A DNA stretch of 64,000 nucleotides from an uncultured Solirubrobacterales bacterium (GCA_963822295.1 CAWGHD010000001.1:4577-68576); one strand, 5' to 3'; counted from the first letter of the stretch, positions 1-12,316 are shown. Numbers and translations: made by a program. Notes: generated by a model not told the origin, from the letters alone.

Positions 1-543
1 TCGCCGCCTCCCAGAACGGCATCTTCATGACCGACGACGGGCGCGCCTTCTTCTCCACAGCCGATGCGCTGGTCCCGCGCGACGCCAACGGCATCGTCGA
101 CATCTACGAGTATGTCGAGGGCCGCGCACAGCTGATCAGCACCGGCACCGGCAACGACGCCGGCGAAGCGATTCGCCCGATCGGCTTGGTCGGGGTCTCG
201 GCCGACGGCACCAACGCTTTCTTCTCCACTTACCAGACCTTGGTGGGGCAGGACGAAAACGGCCCCTTCTACAAGCTTTACGTCGCCCGTACCAACGGCG
301 GCTTCCCGTTCAACAAACCTCCTGCTCCCTGTGCGGCCGCCGATGAGTGCCACGGGCCCGGCGCTGCCCCACCGGCGATGCCACAGGTCGGCTCGGGGGC
401 GATTGTCGGCGGCGGCAACGCGACTGTCGTGCGCAAGAAGCGAAAGCGAGCTCGCAGCGCAACTCACCGAGCGCCGACGCGATGCCAGGAAGCGCCGCGC
501 CAAGGAAAGGGCTCGGGCGAAGGCAGGAAGGTCGAAGAGATGA
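1..543 (+). CDS. 3' end of a large secreted beta-propeller (PD40/TolB-like repeat) protein, paralog of the C-terminus of 3351..8779 (5'-partial; one apparent +1 disruption near 420-440)
   Basis: Frame-3 translation 'DGRAFFSTADALVPRDANGIVDIYEY..DGTNAFFSTYQTLVGQDENGPFYKLYVARTNGGFPFNKPPAPCAAADECHGPG' parallels 'DGKDAFFFTREVLVGEDKNGQAMKVYDAREGGGFFVIPPPPPCAASDECHGPS' of the 3351..8779 protein. The basic tail '..RRAKERARAKAGRSKR*' is in frame 1 and stops at 541-543, overlapping the next ATG (ATGA). Confidence 0.55.
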
Positions 544-3354
544 GGTCGGCGGCGTGTAGGCAGACTGGTTCTTGGGGCGCTCGGCATGTGCGCTGCGGCC
601 TGCCTTCTCCTCGGCGGCTCGGCGCCGAGAGGGCCGAAGCAAAATCGACCGTCTTCACCTTCACCAACACCCCGTCGGGCACCCAGGCGGGGTCGCATCC
701 CAACGTCCTCACGAGCACAGAGCTGGGCAATCGCTTTAACCAAGGGCCGATGCCGGCCTGCGAATGCAACGACCCCAAAGACGTCACCATTCACGCCCCC
801 GCTGGGCTTGTCGCCAACCCCCACGTGGTCTCCGAGTGCACGACGGCTGAGCTCTCGACTTTTTCCTGCCCGCCTGATGCCCAGGCCGGGTTTGTGGTGC
901 TGCGTTTCTTTAGCTGGGGCGTGATCCCGCTTTACCGCACCGTGCCCCAGGAGGGCCAGGCGGCCCTTTTCGTCTTCCTGCCACCAATTGGCATCGCGAT
1001 CCCCCAATACATTGCGATCAACGCCAGGACCGGCGGAGACTACGGGATCGACTTTACGGTCACTGGGCCTCACCCACACCCTGCCGCCGAGCTCCTTCGG
1101 CAACGTCTTCTGGGGGGTGCCGGGGGCCGAGGATCACGACGTCGTCCGCTTCGGCCCGGCGGGAGCAGCTTCTCAACTGCAACACCAACCCGATCGAGTC
1201 GCTGTTTGTCGACGTGATTCCCGAGGACTGCAGCGTGGTCAACGCCAGTGGCTCCCAGAGCCCCAAGCAACCCGCACTCCTCCTCCCTGCCCGTCGCCCC
1301 TTTCACCCAGGCTCCGACCACCTGCGTCGGCCCACTCACCTCGAGCGTCGAAACCCTCGCCTACGACGGCGAGACCGACAGCGCCTCGGCCCCCTGGCCC
1401 GAAACCACGGGCTGCGACAAACTGAGCTTCGACCCGAGCCTGTCCGCGAACCCGACGACGACGCAGACCGACACCGCCTCGGGGTTGGCCGTCAACCTCA
1501 AAGTCCCCCAGTACCAGGACCCGGAGACCCCACTCTCCTCGGCGATCAAAGCGACCACGGTCACCCTGCCGGAGGGCTTCTCGATCAACCCCAACGCCGC
1601 CGACGGCAAGGTCGCCTGCACCGAGCAGCAGGCGGGCTTCGGCATCAGAGGCCCCATCGGGCTGCCCGGAGTTCTCAAAGATCGGCACCACCACCGTCGA
1701 CTCCTCAGCCCTCCCGGCCCCCATCAACGGCTACATCTACCTCGGCGAGCCCAAACCGGGAGACCGCTACCGGATCTTCCTCACCGCCGAGGGCTTCGGC
1801 ACCAACGTCAAGCTCTCCGGCATCGGTAAGGCCAGACCCGAAAACCGGCCAGATCGTCACCGCCTTCGAATCGCTGCCCCAGGCCCCCTTCCAGGAGTTC
1901 GACCTGCACTTCTTCGGCTCCGAGCGCGGACTTGCTCGCGACGCCCGAGCGCTGCGGCACCTATCCGGTCAAAACGCACCTTCAAGCCGTGGGCCGCAGA
2001 GCTCTCCGATCAGACCTCCACGCAGTTCTTCACGCTGGACTCCGGACCCGGAGGGCAAGCCCTGCCCACAACGGCCCACGTCCCTTCGCCCCCTCCCTGC
2101 AGGCCGGAGTCGCCGACAACACGGCCGGGACCCACTCGCCCTTCGTGCTGCGCTTCGACAGGACAGACGGCGATCAGAACCTGACCGGCGCCACCGTCAA
2201 GGCACCGCCGGGATTCGCCGCGACCCTCAAGGGCATCCCCTACTGCCCGGAGGCGGCGATCGCCCAGCTCGCCTCCGCCACCTACACCGGCCTCGCAGAG
2301 CAGGCCTCGCCCTCCTGTCCGGCCGCCAGCCAGATCGGCAGCGCCGTCGCCGCGGCCGGAGCGGGAAGCAGACCGATCCACGTCTACGGCCAGGTCTACC
2401 TCGCCGGCCCCTACAAAGGCTCCCCTTTGAGCCTGGTGGTCGTGATCCCGGCCGTCTCCGGTCCCTATGACCTCGGAGTCGTCGCGGTGCGAGCCGCGAT
2501 CGACCTCGATCCCCAAAGCGCCCAGGTAAGCGCCACCTCCGATCCCCTGCCCCAGATCCTCGAGGGAGTCCCACTGCGAACCAGGATGGTCCAGATCGAC
2601 CTCGACCGCCCCGGCTTCGCACTGAACCCGACCAACTGCGATCCCTTCGCAGTCGATGCGCTCCTGCTCGCGGACGAAGGCGCGAGCTCAAACCAAAGCG
2701 CCCACTTCCAGGTCGCCAACTGCGCCGACATGCCCTTCGCGCCGAAGCTCTCCCTGGCGCTGCAAGGGATCGACCAAGCGCACCGGCAACCCGGCCCTGC
2801 GGGCGACTCTGAGGACCGAGCCCGGCGAAGCCAACATCGCCCGCACCGCGGTGACGATGCCGGCCACCCTGCTGCTCGACAACGGCCACATCGGCAACGT
2901 CTGCACCAGGCCCCAGTTCGCAGCCAACGCCTGCCCGGCCGGATCGATCATCGGCACCGCCACCGCGACCACGCCGCTGCTCGATCGCCCCTGCTAAGCG
3001 GCACCGGTCCTCCTCAGGTCCTCATCGAACAAGCTCCCCGACCTCGTCGCAGACCTCGAGGGGCAGTTCGAGATCGAGCTCGTCGGCAAGATCGACTCCC
3101 CCAAAGGCCAGGGACTTCGCACCACCTTCGAGACGATCCCCGACGCCCCGGTCTCGAGCTTCACCTTGAGTCTCTCCGGAGCCTCCAAGGGGCTGCTGAC
3201 CAACTCCAAGGATCTCTGTAAAGCCCCCCAGAAGGCGAAGCTACAGATGACCGCACAAAATGGCCGCTCCTTCAACCGCAAGGTCAAGCTGCAGAGTGCC
3301 TGCAAGGCCCGCAAGAAGCAAAAGCGCGCCAAGCGAGGGGCGCTGCGGCGATGA
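540..3354 (+). CDS. secreted four-module Cys-pair repeat protein, paralog 1 (~935 aa if repaired). The frame is broken about 12 times as sequenced, so an automated pipeline would call it a pseudogene.
   Basis: ORF fragments 27..1217, 988..1425, 1214..2470, 1248..1829, 1932..3221, 2656..2997 and 3166..3354 chain into one protein collinear with 8776..11535. Examples: 'FWGVPGAEDHD' vs 'FWGMPGHEDND'; 'LSANPTTTQTDTASGLAVNLKVPQ' vs 'LSANLTSKETDSASGLDLNFRVPQ'; 'SKDLCKAP' vs 'TKDLCKGP'. ATG 540 overlaps the upstream stop (ATGA); stop at 3352-3354. Confidence 0.6.
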
Positions 3355-6300
3355 GGGCCTCCATCAAGACAGCGAGCCTCGCCCTGGCCTGCGCGGCTGC
3401 CTCGCTTGCGATCGGCGCGGGCGTCGCCCAGGCGGAGATCAGCTACCAGTCGAGCATCGGCGAATCAGGCGCCGGGGCGGGCAAACTCTCAAACCCGGCC
3501 GGCCTCGCCGTCAACACGACCACCGGCGACCTCTACGTGGCCGATCGCGGCAACAACCGGATCTCCCAGTTCAGCTCCGCGGGAGCTTTCATTCGCGCCT
3601 TCGGGTACAACGTCGTCGCCTCCGGCGAAGACGACAAACCCTTCGCCGACGAGGTCTCTGAAGTGCGGATCAGGGCGACCTCGGGTTCCTTCGCTCTGAC
3701 CTTCAAAGGCCAGAGCACCGCCCAGCTTGACTTCGACGCCTCCGCCGCTGAAGTCGAAGCGGCCCTCAACGGGCTCTCGACGATCTCAGAAGGCGGGGGA
3801 TCGGTCACCGTCTCCGGCGGTCCCGGCGACGTGAGCGGGGCCGATCCCTACGTCGTCACCTTCAGCGGTGGGCCATTGGCGAAAACCAACCTCGAGTTGG
3901 GGATCGATGCGAGTGGGCTCGGGATTCCCTGCGGGGACCGAGCTGAGCTGCCAGGGGGGCCCCAGCGACGCCGGCGCCTTCGCCTACCAGTGGCTGGCCA
4001 ATGGAGAGTCGGTCCCCGGCGCGACATCGCCGACCTTCACCCCTGGTGTCGGTGAGCAAGGCAAGGCAATCCAGTGCCGAGTGGCTGCGAGCTTCAGCTC
4101 AGTCAAAACCCTGGCGACCTCCCGTCCCTACTTTCTCGCCTCTCCGGCGCCCGCCACCCTTCCTCCGCTGGGTCCGACGTCCCTGGATGCCCCGGAAGGC
4201 AGTGCGGTGCTCGAAAGTGCCGGCGGCGTGCCGCTCACCTGCAACGCCGGCACTTGGACCCGGGGCCCGGAAACCTTCACCTACCGCTGGTATCGCAATG
4301 GAGTCGAAGTCGGGACGCCGACCATCACTGCGGCAACGTCGAGCCAATACGTGCTTACCCAGGGAGATTTGGCGACCCGTGCCGTCTTCCAGTGCTCGGT
4401 CACGGGCAACAACGCCGGCGGCTCGAGTATCGCGATCAGCAAATTCAACCCGACCGACCCCAAACCGATTCAGCCCGAGGCAAAAAACGCGACAGTGAGC
4501 ACTTCGCTCGCTCTCTCGAGCGCCTCCAGCGTGCTGACTCGCACCAACGGCGGCGCGGTCTTTGAGGTCTGCAAAGCCAGCCCGCCCTCAAACGACGTCT
4601 GCAAGGTTGGGATCGCGGGCGACGGGGTCGGCCAGTTCAATGCTCCGCGCAGCATCGCGATCGACAACTCACCGAGCGGGTCCGGTGCGGTTTACGTGAT
4701 GGACGACGGTAATCCACGGGTGCAGAAGTTCAGCGCCCTGGGGGCTCCGATCTCGATGCTCGGCGGTGGGGTCAATCAGACCACCGATGGCGACCTCTGC
4801 ACTATTGCCTCCGGCGATGCCTGCGGTGGGGGAGTGGTGGACGAAAGCGGGGCCGTGGGGGCATTCGGCGGCTCGCCCGGTACTTCCGCTGACTTCACCG
4901 AACTCGGCAACGAGCTGGCTGTGGACGCCGTCGGCAATCTCTATGTGGGCGATGCGCGCGCCGATTTGATCCAGCCGCGGATCCAGAAGTTCGATTCTGC
5001 TGGTGTCTTCCTGTCGCAGGCAAGGATGCCGTATGTGTTTGGCAACCCCTCTCAGCCGGTAAAGCCGGTGTCGGTTGCAGCCGACTCCACCCAGCGAGCC
5101 TTCGCGGCGACCCGCGGCGACGATGGGGGGATCGAGAAGTTCTCCACGGGGGAATTCAGCCCTCTGGGCCAAGGAGCGATCAGGGCGGGCAACTTCTTCC
5201 ACCAAGACGGCGATCCCGTTCAGCTGGCGCTTGACCCTCGCAACGACCGCCTCCTGGTTTCTGATCCAAACAAATCCGCGGCGCTTTCGCTCTGCGGCGG
5301 CCCGGGAGTTTCTGCTCTGGCCATTGCCGAGTACGACCCACAGTTGCACCGCATCGACTGCAGCATTCCGACCGGCCCCGGCCTGCTCACCCAGGTAACC
5401 GGCATGGCGGTCTCCAAAACGGGCACCCTCTACGCCTCGGTCGGCTCGGCCAACACGGTCAAGGTCTTCAAACTCCCGGTCTCGACCGCTCCGCAGCTGA
5501 CCAGCCCTTCGGTCACCGAGATCACAACCGAGACGGCGGTGGTCCACGCCCAGATCAACCCCGGCTTCGAGGACACCACCTACAAAGTCGAATACGGCCT
5601 CGCCAACTGCGCGACCAACCCCTGCGAAACGGCGGCTGGTCCCGACACCCTCTACGGCCTCAAATTCACCGACGGCGCCACCGCGATCAGCGGTCTGGAG
5701 CCCAACACCACCTACCGCTACCGGGTGATCGCCGAAAACAAACTCGGCAAAGCGACCGGACCCAACCGCTCCTTCCGCACCTTCCCCCTGGTCGACCTGG
5801 TCAACGACCCCTGCGCCAATGCCTTGGCCCGCAAGCAGACCAAGACGGTCGGCCTTTTGGACTGTCGCGCCTATGAGCTTGCCTCGGCGGCCTTCTCGGG
5901 CGGCTATGACGTCGTCTCTGACCTGGTCCCAGGCCAAAGCCCCTTCGAGGGCTACCCCGACGCAGAGGACAAGCTCCTCTACGGCGTAAAGGACGGTGGC
6001 ATCCCGGGAACCGGCAACCCGACCAACAGGGGCATCGACCCCTACGTTGCGAGCAGGGACGAGGACGGCACCTGGTCGACCACCTACGTCGGCATCCCCG
6101 CCGACAACCCGTTCGCTACAGGGCCCTTCTCCTCGACCCTGGCCGGCGCAGACAACGGACTGGATACCTTCGCCTTCTCAGGACCGGAGATCTGCGATCC
6201 CTGCTTTGCGGACGGATCCACCAACGTCCCCCTGCGGCTCCCCGACGGGGAGATCGTCAAGGGGATGGCGGGATCGCTCAATCCAGCAGCAGACTCCGCG

Positions 6301-8779
6301 GGAGGGATCGCAAAACCGCTCTCGGCAGACGGCTCCCACTTCCTCTTCAGCTCAGAGCTCCCATTTGAGGGCTCCCCGGTCTCAACCGGCGAAGTGATGA
6401 TCTATGACCGCGATCTGAAAGCCGGAACCACCCAGGTCGTCTCGACGCTGCCGAGCGGAGAAGCGATCCCCGGAGGAGTGCCCGGCTCAGAGGATGTCGC
6501 AGCCCTCGACATCTCCAAAGACGGCTCCAGGGTCCTGATCGGGCAGAGGGTCGCAACGGATGCAAAGGGCAACGCCCTCTGGCACCTCTACCTGCACCTC
6601 GGCACCTCGCCCAACAGCGTCGATCTGAGCGAAGGGACGACCTCGGGCGTCTACTTCAACGGGATGACCCAGGACGGCTCCAAGGTCTTCATCACGAGCA
6701 AAGACAAACTGCTGGGCGAAGACACAGACGAAAGCGCCGACATCTATAGAGCAGACGTCGACTCCGGCGGAGCACTCGGCCTCTCGCTCGTCTCGGTCAA
6801 ATCGACGGGAGCGGTCTCCAACTCAAACGCCTGCACCCCCGCCGGGGAACCGGCCAGCTGGAACTCCGCATCGGGCGACGGCAAATGCAATGCCCTGGCC
6901 TTCGCCGGCGGTGCGGGACTCGCCGCCGAGAGTGGTGCCTTCTACTTCCTCAGCCCCGAGCGCCTAGAGGGGACCAAAGGAACTCTCAACCAGGCCAACC
7001 TCTACCTGATCGCTCCCGGTGCCGCCCCCCGCTTCGTGGCGATGATCGACACCTCGGTCGGCAAGCCCCCGGCCTCGCCTCCCGAGCATCCTCTGATCGA
7101 CTCCGAATTCGGCGATGTGAGCTTCGAAGCCGTGCAGGCGCTCAGCGTCGATCAATCCAACGGCGATCTCTACGCGCTCGATCCCGGCGCCGGCGAGCTG
7201 CATCGCTTCGACTCCGCCGGCAGCCCTGAGAACTTCAGCGCCGGACCGGACGCCGGGACCAACACCCTGACGGGCCTCGCCCTGGGCAGCCCCTCCGTCG
7301 CCCAGGTCGCGATCGACAACTCCGCGAGCGCTCTCAGCGGTGACTTCTACGTCGCCAGTGAAGGCGGCGTCGACGTCTACGCCCCCAGCGGCGAGAAACT
7401 GGGCACGCTCGACGGCTCCGCCACCAACAAAGGCTCCTTCGGGGCGTCCTGCGGCGTCGCCGTGGACAAATCCAACGGCGCGCTCTACGTCGGTGACGCC
7501 GGTGGCAACCTCTGGCGCTACCAGCCCGAGCAGCCCGGTCGCCCCGATGATGACGCCGACTACACCGTCAAAGGGATCGCCACCACGGGGATGCAGCCCT
7601 GCGCGGTGGCGGCGGACTCAGCCGGCAAGGTCTATGCATCGCAGGTCTTCGGCGGCCCGGTGAAGCGGTTCGCGGCCGCGAGCTTCTCCTCCGGTAGTCC
7701 GACTCAATCGGCCGGGATCGAGATCGCCTCCGCCGCCCGCGCCCTAGCCGTCGACCCCGCCACCAACCACCTCTACGTCGATGAGGGCGACAGGATCTCG
7801 GTCTTCGACTCGGCGGGCAACCCGCTGGAGACGATCGGCCAGGGCAAACTCTCCTGCGGCTTCCTCGGCTCAAGAGGCGTCGCCGTCAACTCCACCACCC
7901 ACCACGTCTACGCCTCCTGCTTCGCGCCCTCGACGATCAAGGAGTTCGGCTACGAGGTGCCGCCATATACCCCCGTGGACAACCCGGCGATCCTCAACGC
8001 CACAAAGCAGGTCGGAGACCCACACCTACGGCGACTTCCAGGTAACCCCCGACGGTGCCTATGCGGCCTTCGCGACGATCATGCCGCTGAAAGCCGGCTA
8101 CGACAACGCCTCCCGCTATGAGCTCTACCGCTACGAGCCCACAGGCGGCGAAGAAGAAACGGGAGAGCTGATCTGCGCCTCCTGCAGCCCGACCGAATCT
8201 CAAGCCCAGAGCGACTCCGTCCTTCCCCCCAACGGATTGGGCCTGCTCGAAGACGGCAGGGTCTTCTTCAACACCGGTGAGCAGCTGACCCTCAGAGACA
8301 CCAACGGCAAGCTCGACGCCTACCAGTTCTCCCCGCAGGGAGACCCAGAAGTGCCGGGGGCCTGCAAGATCGAAGGCGGCTGCCAGCAGCTGATCTCGAC
8401 CGGCAACTCCGCCTTCCCCTCCGGAATGCTCGGAGCAAGCAGGGACGGCAAAGACGCCTTCTTCTTCACCAGAGAGGTCCTGGTCGGGGAAGACAAAAAC
8501 GGCCAGGCGATGAAGGTCTATGACGCCCGCGAGGGCGGAGGCTTCTTCGTGATCCCACCACCGCCCCCCTGCGCGGCATCGGATGAGTGCCACGGACCGA
8601 GCTCCCAGGCAGCTCCTCCGCCCCCGATCGGCTCCTTCAAGGGAAGCGGCGGCCAGCACACCGATGAAGCAAAGCCGGCCAAGTGCCGCAAAGGCAAGGT
8701 CCGCCGCCGCGGCAAGTGCGTCCCCAAGCCCAAGGCCAACCGCAACCGCAAAGCATCGAAGCGGGGGAGGGGCCGATGA
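3351..8779 (+). CDS. giant secreted NHL-repeat / beta-propeller / FN3-like exoprotein (~1809 aa; two apparent +1 disruptions near 3930 and 8013)
   Basis: Signal peptide 'MRASIKTASLALACAAASLAIGAGVAQA'. NHL-type repeats ('LSNPAGLAVNTTTGDLYVADRGNNRISQFS', 'AVYVMDDGNPRVQKFS', 'RALAVDPATNHLYVDEGDRISVFD'). Tandem Ig-like repeats 'YQWLANGESVPGATSPTFTP' / 'YRWYRNGVEVGTPTITAATSSQYVLT'. FN3-like 'LEPNTTYRYRVIAENKLG'. PD40-like 'DGSKVFITSKDKLLGEDTDESADIYRADV'. ORFs 3351..4055, 3868..8121 and 7781..8779 chain in order. Confidence 0.7.
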
Positions 8780-11535
8780 GCTCCCTCCATCAGCGAAGCC
8801 CCAGGTTTCTCCTCTGCGCCCTCACGGCAGCCCTCCTGGCGCTCGCCCTCTCCTCGAGCGCCCAGGCCAAAATCACCATCTCCTCGCTGACCACCACCGC
8901 CTCCGAAAACCAAGCCGGCGGCCACCCCGACCTCACCACCTCCTTTGAGCTGGCAAACCCAGGCGCACCGGAGGCGGCAAAAGACGTCATCTTCGAAGCC
9001 CCCGAGGGCATCTTCGGCAACCCCAACGCCCTGACCCGCTGCACGGCGTCTGACTTCGCCCTGCAGCAGTGCCCGGTCAACTCCCAGGCGGGACTGGTGA
9101 CGATCACCGCCAAGCAGGGCGCCGACCCCAACGTCTTGCTGGGAACCGCCCCCCTCTTTGACATGGAGCCCTCCGAGGGGGAGACGGCGAGGTTCAACCT
9201 CATCGTCCCGACATTGAACATCCCGATCGCGATCCCGGTCGCGGTCAGAAGCGCCGATGACTACGGACTTCGCTTCACGCGTCTCTGAAATCTCCCAGCT
9301 GACCCCGCTCTCAGAAGTCGACATGACCTTCTGGGGGATGCCCGGCCACGAAGACAACGATCCCTCCCGTTTCCCCAAAGGATCCCCAGGTGCCCCAGCC
9401 GGCTGCCCATCCCAGGCCGATGCCTCCTGCATCTCTGCGCCCTCATCGGTCTCGATCTCCGTCAAGCCCCTGATCGACTACCCGACCACCTGCAACGGCG
9501 ACCCCTTGATCACAAAGCTCTCGGTGCGCTCCTACCAGGACCCCAAAGCCCTCTCCACCGAAGAGGCCTCCTACCCCCCGGTCGACGGTTGTGAGAAAGG
9601 GACCTTCAACCCGGTCCTCTCCGCCAACCTGACGAGTAAAGAGACAGACTCCGCATCTGGCCTGGACCTCAACTTCAGGGTCCCCCAGACGCTCGGCAAA
9701 ACCCCCTCGCCCTCCCAGGCCAAGTCGGTCACCGTCGCCTTCCCACCCGGATTGACGATCAACCCCGACGCCGCCGACGGCCAGAGCGACTGCAAAGACT
9801 CAGAGGCCAACTTCGACTCAGAGGCCCCTGCCTCTTGCCCCGACAACGCCAAGATCGGCACCGTCTCGAGGTCGCCACCCCGGCCCTCGACGGCCCCCTC
9901 AAAGGCTCGATCTACATCGGTCGAGCCCAAACCAGGCGATCAGTACCGCCTGTTCATGGTCGTCTCTGGCTTCGGGATCAACGCCAAGCTGATCGGCTCC
10001 TTCAAACCCGATCCGACAACAGGGCAGCCTGACCGCTTCCTTCTCCGACCTCCCCCAGGTCCCCTTCGAGGAATTCGACATCCACCTCTTCGCCTCTGAC
10101 AGAGGCCTGATGGCGACCCCGACCGCCTGCACCCTCTACCCGGTCAAAGCGACCTTCGAGCCCCACAACGCCACCCTCGCCCCCCAGACCTCCCAGCAGT
10201 TCTTCAGCCTGGACTCCGGGCCCGGGGCAGCCCAGTGCCCGGGCCAGGTCAGGCCCTTCAGCCCAAGGCTCGTGGCGGGAACCTCAAACCCCCTCGCCGG
10301 AGCCTTCTCGAGCTTCCACCTCAAGCTCGACAGAGACGACGGCGACCAGTTCCTCGACGACCTCGGCTTCAAGATGCCCCCCGGCTTCACCGGATCGCTT
10401 AAAGGCATCACCTACTGCCCGGAGGCCCAGATCGCCGCGGCGGCCCAGAACCTCGGCAAGACAGAGCGGGGCAGCCCCTCCTGCCCCGGTAGCTCCTTCG
10501 TCGGCACCACCAACGTCGCCGCCGGACCGGGCAGCCATCCCTTCAACGCGGTCGGGCGGATGTACTTGGCGGGGCCGCTGCAAGGAGCCCCCCTCTCCCT
10601 GGCGGCGATCACCCCGGCCCTGGCCGGCCCCTATGACTACGGCGTCGTCGTCGTGCGGGTCGCCCTGCACGTCGATCCCCTCACCGCCCAGGTCTCAGCG
10701 GACTCAGAGCCGATGCCCCAGATCATCGGCGGCATCCCGATCAGGATGCGATCGATCCAGGTCAACATCGACAAGCCCAACTTCACGATCAACCCGACCA
10801 ACTGCTCGCAACTTCACGGTCGACTCCAAAGGCGTCGGAGACCAGGGCACCGCCACCCTCTTCTCCTCACCCTTCCACGCCGTCAACTGCAGATCGCTTC
10901 CCTTCGCCCCGAAGATGACGATCACCCAGCTCGGCAAGCGCAAGGACACCAAACGAAACAGAAACCCGGTCCTTCGCTTCGAGCTGAAAACAAGGCCAGG
11001 AGACGCCAACCTCAAAGACCTCTCGGTCACCCTCCCCAAGGCCTTCGCGATCGACCAGCGCCACCTCGGCAACCTCTGCTCCAAAGCCCAGCTTGCGTCT
11101 GAGCGCTGCAAAGGACGCCAGCCGATCGGATCGGCCTGGGTCAAGACCCCGCTCCTAGACGAGCCCCTGCAGGGACCCGCCTACGCGGTATCGGGCTTCG
11201 GCATCCTCCCCAGGGTCGCCTTCATCCTCGAGGGCCAGGTGACGATCATCCCCCAGGCGGAATCGGAGTCGGTCAAGCTCGGCAAACGCGAGGGCTTCTT
11301 GAAGACCACCGTCGGGGTCATCCCCGACGCCCCGATCGGGCACTTCAGACTCGACCTGCTCGGAGGCAAGCAGGGCTACCTGATCAACACCAAGGACCTC
11401 TGCAAGGGCCCGGTCATCGCCACCGTTGACTACGGGGCCCAGAGCGGCAAGAAGCTCAGGCAGAGGGTCCGGGCCAAGACGGCCTGCCCGGGGGCCCGCA
11501 AGGGCAAGCGGGGCGCCCAGCGCTCGCGGCGTTAA
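8776..11535 (+). CDS. secreted four-module Cys-pair repeat protein, paralog 2 (~920 aa if repaired; 5 apparent disruptions near 9280, 9866, 9922, 10028, 10809)
   Basis: ATG 8776 overlaps the upstream stop (ATGA). Signal peptide 'MSSLHQRSPRFLLCALTAALLALALSSSAQA'. ORFs 8683..9288, 9257..10099, 9835..10032, 10110..11102 and 10633..11535 chain into one protein collinear with 540..3354. Four repeats of a '..P.G(F/L)...C-x(8-20)-C...(I/V)G' module. K/R-rich end 'ARKGKRGAQRSRR*'. Confidence 0.65.
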
Positions 11536-11676
11536 GGAAAACCAAAGACACCTTGAGCATCCGGAGCGCTACAGTTCCCGCCCGGGTTTCGATAAACGAA
11601 GCGAATCTTTGAGCGCGCAGGGGGGTTCCTTTAACCGGAGCCGCGCACTCAAAACGCAAAGCGGAGGAGAGAGCAG

Positions 11677-12306
11677 ATGCATCTGGGGAATCGCAGTATC
11701 GGCAGGCCCTCACCGGCGATGATCGTCGCGATCATCGCCCTGATCGCCTCTCTTTCAGGCTCCGCCTACGCGGCGCTTGGCAAGAACTCGGTCGGCTCGC
11801 GCCAGCTCAAGTCGGCGGCCGTGACCACCGGCAAGATCGCCAACAACGCCGTCAACGGCAAAAAAGTCGCCAACGGCTCCCTCTCGGGCGAGGACATCAA
11901 CCTCGCCGCGCTCGGCACCGTCCCGGCCGCCACCACCGCGACCTCGGCCGGCAACGCCGACACCGTCGCCGGGCACGCCGCCGCCTGCCCACCGGCGACG
12001 ACCCTGATCCGCGGCACCTGCTTTGACTCCTCCGCGGGCCCGGTCGTTACCTCCGTCGAAGCCGCGGCGGACGCCTGCGCGGCCAAGGGCGGGCGCCTGC
12101 CAGACCCCTTGGAGCTCTACGCCACCCGCTCGATCCTCAACCTCGGCACCGGCACCGGCACCGACAACCAGTTCACCAGCGCCTACTACGCCAACACCAA
12201 CGGCGGCGACTACAACACGATCGTCGTCAACGGCACCGGCGCCCTGATCGAGCAGGAAATCACCTCCGACGCCCGCTACACCTGCGCCTACGCGCTGGTG
12301 CGCTAG
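11677..12306 (+). CDS. hypothetical N-terminally anchored or secreted protein (209 aa)
   Basis: Intact ORF with GGAGGAG 7 nt upstream of the ATG. Hydrophobic N-terminus 'AMIVAIIALIASLSGSAYAA'. Short 'VTTGKIANNAVNGKKVANGSLSGEDI' repeats followed by a Cys-containing C-terminal domain. No family recognised. Confidence 0.6.
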   Translation: MHLGNRSIGRPSPAMIVAIIALIASLSGSAYAALGKNSVGSRQLKSAAVTTGKIANNAVNGKKVANGSLSGEDINLAALGTVPAATTATSAGNADTVAGHAAACPPATTLIRGTCFDSSAGPVVTSVEAAADACAAKGGRLPDPLELYATRSILNLGTGTGTDNQFTSAYYANTNGGDYNTIVVNGTGALIEQEITSDARYTCAYALVR

Positions 12307-12316
12307 GGACCCGGCG

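Noticed and set aside
1065-1085. Both four-module paralogs change frame (+1) at almost the same place, after 'DYGxxFT': ~1075 in paralog 1 and ~9280 in paralog 2. Is this a programmed +1 frameshift?
   Set aside because: The two shift points are about 9 nt apart when aligned and there is no shared slippery motif. These genes carry a disruption every 150-500 nt anyway, so a near-coincidence is expected by chance.
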